A stretch of 64,000 bases of DNA from Styela clava. Taxonomy: Eukaryota. A program made the translations under genes and the position numbers. The stretch is taken from assembly GCF_964204865.1 (NCBI RefSeq), contig NC_135259.1:5394001-5458000 (forward strand), read 5' to 3'. This document shows positions 53,701-64,000 of this stretch, one piece after another; position 1 is the stretch's first letter, and each line of letters starts with the position of its first letter. A model generated the notes under the pieces. It was not told the DNA's origin and made no database searches. It worked only from the letters and a program-made list of their open reading frames with translations.

Positions 53701-56061
53701 AATATTAACCGTACAAATACCAAAACACTAAATATTTACACTATTTAACCATTTTTTCGACTTCAGAATATTGCTACCCACCTGAGTATCACCACGGTTC
53801 TTTTAATCCAAAAATGCGAATGTATAGTCACGGTGAAAGAATGTATTACGAATGTGACTACGGATATAAAATGTATTATCATGACGAAGAATACGAATTT
53901 AACACTTGTATGGATGGGAAATGGAAAAAACAGGCACCAAAGTGCATGGACATGAAAAAAAGTATGTGAGATATTGTAGTATTTGTTAGGGGACAAATAT
54001 AATGAAAGTCGCTTACAATCCAGGATTTTCTGCAAACACCTCGACTTATTTGATTATTTTTTTTATTTGTGAAATGTTGAAATATATATTCCTCATATTT
54101 CAGCATAATAAATTACAATATCCTTTGGTTTACCAGAATATTGCAAGATGCCATCTATTATGTACGGTTCCTACCAACCAATGAGAAAAATGTACAGTTA
54201 TGGAGATAGAGTCTGGTACTCATGCAAAAGTGGTTACGTCATGCAATATCATGGTGATACATTTGAATATAGTTCATGCATGTCGGATGGAAATTGGGAT
54301 AAAAAAGCTCCAAAGTGCATGAAACGTGATATGAGTAAGTTTTTAACATAAACTGATTTTGGTTTAAAAAAATCTATTAGAATTAGACTCATCCTATTAT
54401 TCTTTGTTTACTACAGAATACTGCATGGCTCCTCATATGAAGCACGGTGAATATTATCCCATGAAATCACGATACAACGTTGGTGATAAGTTGTATTACA
54501 ACTGCAAGTCTGGTTATGATATGAGATATCATGAAACTAAATATCACTATTCAACCTGCAAATCTGATGGAAATTGGGATAACAAACATCCGATGTGTAT
54601 GGATATGAAGAAAAGTATGTTGTATTATAATGCAAAATCCTCAGATTTCAAATTTAAAACATTGTATATACAGAGGGGATAGAACTAAAAATCATAAAAG
54701 ATAATGATATGCCAATTTCTGTATCATTGATTATAATTTATGCCACAGTAGCTGAGTGTCTATTCTATCAAAAATTAAATATTGATGTACATAATTTGTG
54801 TCGATTTGAAAAAATTATTGAAAAAATTAATTTTTTTTTTATTTCAAATTTTGTATTTGCAGAATACTGTTCTGCACCGAAGGTCGATCACGCTGGCTAT
54901 TCTCCAATTAAAAATTATTACAAGTACGCTGATCGGATTTATATATCGTGTCACTATGGATATTACAAATCCTATTCAGGTTATCAAATGGAATATAGCT
55001 CATGTAAAGAAAATGGGAAATGGGATGTTATTCCAACCTGCAAAACTATGGCAAAAAGTAAGTTTTTCAGAAAATTAAATTGGACCAGATTAATACAAAT
55101 TATTAAAGCAAGCAATCTTCTGGCGCAATATTTCAAGTTTTACAAGAATTGCGTATTTTAATCATACATGTTGCTCAATCTTTTTCAGAAATTTTTACGC
55201 GTTTTTCTGATTTTCTCACTTTTAAACTAAAAAACCTCGGCAAGATTGATTAATGGATGATAAAACTCATATATATTTTCTGTGTATTCAGAATATTGCA
55301 AAGCCCCCGAACGTTCACACTATCATCATAAATCATATGCAAAAAAACAATATATGGAAGGAGAATGGATCAAATATGAATGTGATCACGGATATTATCG
55401 ACCTTCCAATATGAAATACAATTATGCCATATGTAAGAAAGACGGAACATGGACTGCTTTACCTTACAAGTGCAATAGTAAGTATTATTTAACAAAAAAT
55501 ATTAAACTTTAGTCTTCAGTATATAATAAATATTTCTGAAATTAAACTGTTGTATTGCTTTTGTATTCTAGGATATTGTATGTCGAATGATATGCGGTAC
55601 GGATCTTATAAGCCCATGAAGAAATACTATGCACATGGAGAAAGAGTTTCATATAAATGTTATGACGGCTATAACATGAAATATCAGAAGCAGAAATACC
55701 AGTACAGAACATGTCAGAATGATGGGGAATGGGATAACTATGCCCCGATTTGCATGAGTGAGTAAACTTTTCTTAAACTTGACTTTGTATAAATTGATAC
55801 CTCATAATAAAAATATAGACTTGTTCTTAATTATTACTTAAATAATAATATTTCCTAGTTGTTATTTATAATAATAAAGTAATTTTAAATGCTCAAATCA
55901 AAATAAACGATTGCCGTTTTTCAGAACCTACCCCATTATTTTGTTGCAGATTAAAAATAAAATTCAATAATTCCTCCATGATTCAACTTGTTTCAATTAA
56001 TAATTAATTTGAATACATCCTGCATGTACGTTTTATTTTCATTTCAGAAAGCCGGTACTAG
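47798..56061 (+). CDS. Secreted Tyr/Lys/Met/His-rich protein of 20 tandem sushi (CCP/SCR) modules, copy 1 (22 exons, ~1316 aa)
   Basis: Signal exon 47798-47870 (MRRFDSLLLLSVAMTCFLQVIRA). Then 20 phase-1/1 exons, each one module with C-x2-P..G..Y.C..GY..C...G.W....P.C: 48088-48285, 48384-48551, 48709-48894, 48984-49169, 49504-49689, 49853-50038, 50115-50315, 50672-50869, 51183-51380, 51604-51807, 52217-52417, 52523-52720, 52950-53147, 53354-53551, 53767-53961, 54137-54334, 54417-54614, 54863-55057, 55292-55477, 55572-55757. Terminal exon 56048-56061 (KSRY*). Total 3951 nt. No TM segment or protease domain. Confidence 0.93.
51900..52123 (+). mobile_element. Short family B element in a CCP gene intron
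   Basis: AACAAGAGAGCTATGCTCAAATATATGGACACG ... ATGTCCACTACGTATCCAATAA. Confidence 0.75.
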
Positions 56062-56616
56062 CTACGCCCAAAGCTGATGGGCGACGACATTGGAACATCA
56101 TAAAGCTTTATAATCAATTTGGTGACTTTATTATATTGTATAATTTGATATTATGTGATAATAATTGAGAGTAATAAAAAAAATGAATCATATTTTTTGT
56201 TCGTTTGAGTTTGTATTGAACAAAGTTTGTGTCAGATTTTGACGTATAGTAACCAGTAATTTCCAAGTTTTGTAACTTTTGCAAAATGACTTCCGCGTGG
56301 TATTGTTGGAATGAGATCGTTCCTGATAGCAAATTCCTCCCGCTACTTTAATACTAGATTAATTTTCAATTATCCGATTCAAGGTTTCCAAAACGTAATG
56401 GAGATTTTAGAGCAATATACCAAAATCGGTTTTTGATGATATTAAAACCATTTGCACACTTGTCTGGATTCCTAACAAATAGGACAACTCAAATAGGTAC
56501 AGTATTCCAAAATTTCTAAGCGCTACAAAAACAAAAGCTTTCACACTCCTAAAGCAAAATTGCACGTATTGAGATATTTTGAACTCAAAATCGGGACTAA
56601 TATTCTCGAGTTAGAC

Positions 56617-56989
56617 CAGTGTTTCCAAACCATTTTTCGAGCGACCCGATTTTTTAAAAAAAATAAATTTTGTAAAATCTCGCGACCTGAGGATATTCTC
56701 ATATATATATACTAAACGGCATATCATGCTTTAATGGTCGTAAAATTCAATTTTAATATAAAACAATCATTTTTACCTATAACATTTAGTTTACCAGAAA
56801 TTACTTAAAAGTGAGAAAACTGCACTTATTTGCCATTAGGTGCTGTCAAGTTTTGACGCTGTGATACTTTCCACATATACAATGCCATTTTCAATAGAAA
56901 ATTCACTAAAAAATACTGTAAATATAATTTTAAGTTTTTGTTAAAAAGCAAAAGATCCAAAAGGGTCGCGACCCACTTGGGAAACACTG
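56617..56989. mobile_element. hAT-type MITE between the convergent CCP genes
   Basis: TIRs CAGTGTTTCCAAA / TTGGGAAACACTG and subterminal GCGACC motifs. The TSD is degenerate. Confidence 0.75.
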
Positions 56990-58741
56990 AGTCTATAGAA
57001 TACTCTACGAGCCTCGTGCCTGGTGGCTGTAAATTTATAACGAAAACTTTGTCACTGGCACTTAAACACCAACCGCTTTTTAGAAAACAACAATTGATTT
57101 AAGCGTTGTTATATCAACGATTGGGTTGAAATATCTTTTATAGCCTGTAATGTGTAATGCAAAAAAATGAGATCCGCCGTTAAATGGCTCAATATTCTGA
57201 ATATGACATGTTTCAAAAAATGAGGACGTATAGCCTATTGCTTGGGTATTATTTAACATCCAACGCATCGTCTGCTCATTCGCAAACAACATTTTCAAAA
57301 CCGCGTTTTGCAAGAGACGATTGTTTGAAATTATAAATATAATAACAAGAGAACAAGTTATTTTCAAATATGGAGAAACTGAGGGCAAACTAATATTTTA
57401 TCATCAATTTACCTAAAATAATATGCGGTAACTTACCAATATCCGTATCGGAAGGCGGAAAACTCGACTACATGGACAACTCATCAGTGACAACTCCACT
57501 ACCCAGGGTACCGGTGACGGTACAGTCAGTGACTGTCATAGCTTTTCCAGGTCCTGTTACGATAGACCTTTCTTCGGGAATGCAGTTTCAACTTAAATTG
57601 AAACTTCAACTGATACGCGTCACTTCTGTATTGCCAGACTGGGTCTGTATTGCCAGTCTACCATTCCCAATATAAAAAAAAACACTTGCGATAAGCAACG
57701 AGATCCGCCGACGTTCGCTGGGCTCGAGTTCCGCTGATGTGCTTTCGCGGAACTGCCACAAGATGCGCAAATATTGATGACGTCATAGCACACCAATAGA
57801 CTTTAGTCTTCCAAAACCCATCCTACGCGCAAAAAATAAAAGAGGCATAAACAAAACGATTCTAGCTCTTCTGAAGAATGTAGTCACCAGAACAGAAATT
57901 TGCACTTTTCGTAATTTTCTAGTTATCTTTTATTTTGGACGTGTGCAGTTTTAAGGATAGAATATTTTTTATATATTTTTGATATTTTCATCATGAAAAA
58001 CGTGGTCAATATTTTTGATAATCGTTCATTGAAATTTTAATGGGTATTTAAGTAAAAAATAATATTGTAATCTCTAAGAAAACAATTTCCGATCGAATCA
58101 AGCAAAACGATGTGCTATGCGAATGAAAAAGAAACTGGACTTTATATTGCAATTTGGGATTCCGTCCTTCGCGATTCGCGAATAAAAGAACATAAATTTT
58201 CATGTATTTGTGGAAACTCTAAGCAAACTTCTGTTTGAATTTTTACGTTCAGTAATGTATTAGTATCCAACTAGTGGTAACATGGATTCCAAACCACGGT
58301 CGAAAAATAGGATTATAGCTCGTTTTTGTGCGTGTTTAAATAATTTATTTATACAAAAGACATCGACATATGTTGATCTGAAGCCGGAAAGACTTTATGA
58401 ATTTGCTGAAATTTTATGCCAAGAGACAGATAGCTGATGCAACGCGAGCATTTCTTATATTCACGACAATTTGTTTTACACATACATTATGTCGGGCTTT
58501 GATAAATGTTTTCTAGTACAATTTGGATTGATTCAGTTGAAAGCATTAAATACATATTTCTGAAAATTTCGAACACACAAGGAAAACGAATTTGCATTCA
58601 GATTAAAATAATTCAGTTAAATCCATGCTTGTATTGTCCGGTTCAGTCAACAATTCGTTCCTTCCTTCGGAATTGAGCGGAATTACATTGCTATTTATAT
58701 TATAGTAATCACTTGGGCTTTAATTGAGATTGCTATGTTAT

Positions 58742-59224
58742 TATTGGACACAAAATGGACCTACAAATCGTTTTGTTGAATTCTTGATGTTGCTGTCAGT
58801 CTTGTTGTTGTTGTCGTTAGGTAAAAATAACTTTGCTACGCAACTAATGAAATGATCAATTTTCATATTTTCTATATTCAAAGAAGATTAAAAACGCAGC
58901 AAATCTATTATTTGTAATTTTTCTATTATTTCCTCTAAATCATATGATAAACAATATTTCACCAAATGCAAAAGCTGATGTATCATAATTGGAGAAGAAC
59001 AAATTTTATTCTAACGTATACCGTACCGATACCGATGTCCTACCTTCATGGTGTTACCGATACCGACGTGAATTGCTTCGGAAATGGGACTTGATATACA
59101 ATTGGAATTTGGAACTTTTCAATACCAAATAATAGACTTCAGTTTAAGTTGCATACGCGACCGGTACTACTGCGATTAGTAACTGTGACTTCGTGTTCAT
59201 ATATTTAAGCATTGCTCTCTTGTT
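58742..59224 (-). mobile_element. Family B element
   Basis: ATTGGACACAAAATGGACCTA ... GTGTTCATATATTTAAGCATTGCTCTCTTGTT. Confidence 0.72.
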
Positions 59225-60165
59225 GTTATTTTTCTGTTTGATACAACCTCTCAATGTTGTTGTTTTATTTAAATCACAATGGTTTGGTGTTTTTAAATAA
59301 TCGTCAGATTCGCATATACTCTCATATTTTTTTTATATCAAGATATCCCTGTGTACCGTTGCGCCATGCTTTCGTGCTTGTGTAAATTGTCCTCCATTTT
59401 CATAATATATATTCAAGAATGTTCAGGATGCAATTTCAATTAGTTATCAAATTGTGTTGCACTTCGTGTCGTGTCATTCTTAAATACAAGTGCATCGGGT
59501 GTCCTGTCAACGCATTGCAAAGTGTGTCTGTATATTGAAGTCAATATTGGCTTCAAGTGGCTCAGAATATGATTCCCTATATGAAAGTCGAGGCAAAACA
59601 AAATGCCCAATATAACGTTAACGCTCATATGAAATGATGTAATTTTGTTCGAATACGTGCATCAATTCATAGTGATTCTATTTTAGTTATTCAAGTTATT
59701 TTCCTCTGTCAGCCTGCCGCCATATTCCGCGTCCCGAGTGCGAGTGCATTCACCTGATTTGAACAATATTTGTGCAAAATCATTGGAACGTTTTCCCTTT
59801 TTAGCGCCGTTTCAAACATACTCGCTAAATAACATCAAATGGCAGATACTATGCTATATGACAGTCAGAGAAACCGGGCAACTGAGTGTACAATATTTCT
59901 AACAAAACTTGGCCTCCGCAACAAAATACCATTAAAAATATCGTTTTCGGCAATATCTGTTATGAGATTTTCCCGGAATAATGCTGAACTTAAACATTAA
60001 AATCTGAAGCACATATCGTCAAAATCAAACAATGGGATGCTGAAAATTTGTTTATTGCTTACAATTAACATTACTACGTTATATTATACATTGCAATAAT
60101 GTTATCAAATTAATTACAAGCATTGTAAAGTTGTAAATGTCCAATCTTGAGTGACTTTAACGTAT

Positions 60166-63100
60166 CTAGTAGCGATTACCTGAAATAAAAATCGAACATG
60201 TAAGCAGAATGTATGCAAAGTTACTATGTATCTAATGCTTTATGAAAAAATGATTTGAAGTATTATTTTTAATAAGCAACGATGTGCGTACGACAACTGC
60301 GAACATTTATTTAGTTGCTTAAACTTAAATATCTACAGTACGGCCTCCGTTCTAAATTATAAAGAAGAAAATACACCATGAAGTGAATTGAGTATCAAAA
60401 ATAATTTAGCTTCTTCAAACATAGTCTGAGTAAAGTTTACTCACTCATGCACATCGGGGCAGAATAATCCCACTCTCCGTCATTCTGACATGTTCTGTAC
60501 TGATATCTTTGCTTCTGATATCTCATGTAATATCCAGTATAACATTTATATGAAACTCTTTCTCCATGTTCGTAGTATTTCTTCATGGGCTCATAAGATC
60601 CATACCGCATACCATTCGACATGCAATATCCTAAAATTTAACAATTATGCAACAGTTTTATTTGAGAAAACTTATAAGATATTCTCAAAGACATATGATT
60701 AATATTTTGTTAAATAATACTTACTATTGCACTTGTAAGGTGAAGCAGTCCATGTTCCATCTTTCTTACATATGGCATAATTGTATTTCATATTGGAAGG
60801 TCGATAATATCCGTGATCACATTCATATTTGATCCATTCTCCTTCCATATATTGTTTCTTTGCATAGGATTTATGATGATAGTGTGAACGTTCGGGGGCT
60901 TTGCAATATTCTAAATACACAGAAGTTATATGAGTTTTATCATTCTTCAATTAATCATAATATTGTATATTAGTTAATGAAGTTTAATAAGTAAGAAAAA
61001 TAGAACATGTTAAAAAATCTGAAACTAGTGTGCAACAAGTATGGCTAAAATAAGCAATTCTGATAAATATGAAAAAATTGCACCATAAGACTGCTTGCTT
61101 TTATAGTTTGCATCAACTCGGGTAATTTAATCTTACTGGACTTACTTTTTGCCATAGATTTGCAGTTCGGAATAACATCCCATTTTCCGTTTTCTTTACA
61201 TGAGCTATATTCCATTTGATAACCTGAATATGATCTGTAATATCCATAGTGACAAGATATATAGACCCGATCATTGTACTTGTAATAATTTTTCATTGGA
61301 GAATAGTCAGCGTGATCGACCTTCGGTGCAGAACAGTATTCTGCAAATGTAAAAATAAGTTGGAATAAAGAATATTTTTTGATATTTTTTTAAATCTCCA
61401 AAAATAATGTGTTTGAACATAAAATGTTAGAATGAACAAGCACTCAACTTCAGTAACATAATTTAAGTTATAAAATTTGATAATGATGTTTTGAATTTTT
61501 AGTTCAAAGATTTTGTATCATAAAACAACATACTTTTCTTCATATCCATACACATCGGATGTTTGTTATCCCAATTTCCATCAGATTTGCAGGTGGAATA
61601 TTGATAATTATTTTCATGATATCTCATACCATAACCAGACTTGCAGTTGTAATACAACTTGTCACCAACGTTGTATCGTGATTTCATGGGATAATATTCA
61701 CCGTGCTTCATATAAGGTGCCATGCAGTATTCTATAGTAAAAGAAATAAATTATTAGGATGAGTTTAATCGATAATTTATACCAAAATCAATTTATGTTG
61801 AAAACTTACTCATATCACGTTTCATGCATTTTGGAGCTTTTTTATCCCAATTTCCATTCGACATGCATGAACTATATTCATATCTATCTCCATCATATTT
61901 CATGTAGTAACCACTTTTGCATGAATACCAGACTCTATCTCCATAGCTGTACATTTTTCTCATTGGTTGGTATGAACCATGCATGATATATGGCATCTGG
62001 CAATATTCTGTTAAAACCAGAAGATATTGCAAATTAGAACAGACGGAAGATTTTGACTCGTGTTTATAAATGAGTAAAATACAAACAAATGATTCGGTAT
62101 GTACAGTAAATTCCCGATCGTCAACAACTTTCTCATTATTTGCCTTAAAAGATTGATAACAAGTTGTTGTACGTACTTTTTTTCATGTCCATGCACTTTG
62201 GTGCCTTCTTCTTCCATTTTCCATCCATACAAGTGTTATATTCGTATTCTTCGTCATGATAATACATTTTATATCCGTAGTCACATTTGTAATACATTCT
62301 TTCACCGTGACTATACATTCGCATTTTTGGATAATACGAACCGTGGTGATAATCGGGTGGGTAGCAATATTCTGAAGTCGAAAAAAACTGGTTGAATTGT
62401 GTGAATATTTAGTGTTGTGGTATTTGTACGGTTAATGTTTATGAACCCAAATTTCTATACTTGAAATATTCACTTTTAATAAATTACACAAAATCGAAAG
62501 TCGAAAAAAAAGTTGGTTAAATTTGGGTGAATATTTAGGGTTTTGGCCTTCTTATTAAGCATAGAAGAAGTTTTATTATTATTGAAATCTCCAATTCTAA
62601 TTTAGTTAATCAAAACTAATAGAAATTCGTTATTGTCAACACCGGATGAATGGTATCTTAGTTTGATTTTGATCGATTTATGATCAACTACCAATATTTT
62701 CAATACTCACTCATCTTTTCTTCTTTACATACTGGTTCTTTGGGATACCAATATCCTCCTTCATTACAAGTGCTGTATTCAAACCAATCATTGTCATAAT
62801 AAAGTTTGTACCCTCTGTGACATTTGTAATAAACTTTTTCTCCGTATGAATAATATTGTTGGTTGGGATTGTAATTACCATGTTTGATCTTAGGAGAGTC
62901 ACAATATTCTGTGAAAAGATTATTGATTTTACTAGAAATTAAGGAAAACAATCTAAACGCTAAATAAAACATGTTTTTTTTATATTACAGGTTTCTAATT
63001 GATTTTGCATAGATTTGACTAAAATAATCACTTTATCAATTTGTCAAAAAATGTCTTGATGTTTCACGATTTTAAATATCTTGATAACTAGAAATCTCTA

Positions 63101-64000
63101 TAGATAATCAATGTAATTTATGTTTATCAATCCATGACAATTAAGTCTCACTTTTTTGTGCCTTCATGCATACTGGTGCTTTGTATCTCCATTTTCCATC
63201 ATCATTACATGTGTTGTATTCAAACCAATCTTTACCATATTTAAGTTGATATCCTTGTTTACATGAATAATACATTCTATCACCAGGATTGTACATTCTT
63301 TTCATTGGTTTATACATACCGTATTGTATCATTGGTTTGTCGCAATAATCTGAAAAATTTGAGATAGAATGCTTCACATATTATAAGAAAATGTAAAGCT
63401 TTTCATCTTGTAGAAAATGTTATATTGGAAATTTGATGAAAAAAAGGGTGAGTAAAAAATTATCTCTGCTAATAAAATTAGTAATCTATATGTTTGATTA
63501 TTTATCATTTTAATTTAAACTTTTTTAAATTGAATATATTCCAATAGTTTTTAGAAATGTATTGGATATCTTACACATTTTGTTGCTTTTACACATTGGG
63601 TGTTTTCTGTCCCAATTTCCATCTTGCATACAAGTAGTATATTCATATCTCTCGTTTTCATAATACATGTTGTATCCATAATCACATTTATATCTCAACC
63701 TGTCTCCAGAGTTGTACATTTTCATTGTGGGATAATAAGATCCATGTTTCATTTGAGGAGCGTGACAGTAGTCTAAACACAAAATATCAGAACAAAAATA
63801 CGAGAATGAAAAACGAATCAACTAGTACAGTTCAATTTCAATTAAAAATTATATAATCAATGTATAGTCTTACTTTTATACATAGATTTGCACATTGGTG
63901 CAGGATTATCCCAGGTTCCATCATAATTACAAGTGCTGTATTTGTATTCTTTGTTTTTGTAATATGTCATGTATCCATCTTTGCAATAGTAGTAGACTTT
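60166..64000 (-). CDS. Tyr-rich tandem sushi/CCP protein, copy 2 (3' part; 5' end lies beyond the window)
   Basis: Exons colinear with modules 11-20 of copy 1: >64000-63874, 63772-63575, 63349-63152, 62908-62711, 62371-62177, 62007-61810, 61731-61534, 61340-61146, 60910-60725, 60630-60445, and terminal 60179-60166 (SNRY*). Complete exons have identical lengths to copy 1, with intact frames and splice sites. Confidence 0.92.

Noticed and set aside
47798-56061. Naming the 20-CCP gene complement factor H (CFH)
   Set aside because: Only the module count matches. Composition and internal repeat classes indicate independent amplification, and orthology cannot be shown.
1-64000. Most remaining 60-120 aa ORFs in the six-frame track
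   Set aside because: They are antisense or off-frame shadows of real exons, lie within repeats, or start at non-ATG codons in AT-rich DNA.

Overview
This is AT-rich, intron-rich animal genomic DNA with GT-AG introns of about 80-1900 nt. The style suggests an invertebrate deuterostome such as an ascidian, but that is inference. I reconstructed five protein-coding genes by hand from splice sites and reading frames. (1-2) A tandem pair of 11-exon fatty-acid amide hydrolase (amidase-signature) genes on the minus strand, 583 and 579 aa; the upstream copy has an unusual Gly>Trp next to the catalytic cis-Ser. (3) A 26-exon minus-strand gene for a secreted protein of about 867 aa made only of 8 tandem LCCL domains, mostly joined by 18-30 nt microexon linkers. 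(4) A 22-exon plus-strand gene for a secreted protein of about 1316 aa made only of 20 tandem sushi/CCP modules unusually rich in Tyr, Lys, Met and His. (5) The 3' part of a convergent, inverted paralog of gene 4 that runs off the window end. Non-genic sequence holds a decayed hAT transposase, hAT and Tc1/mariner-type MITEs, several Helentron-associated (HINE/DINE-like) families and a tRNA-derived SINE nested in a MITE. The strongest novelty candidate is the pair of Tyr-rich CCP polymer proteins lying head-to-head with an LCCL-only polymer, possibly a secreted matrix/defence cluster.
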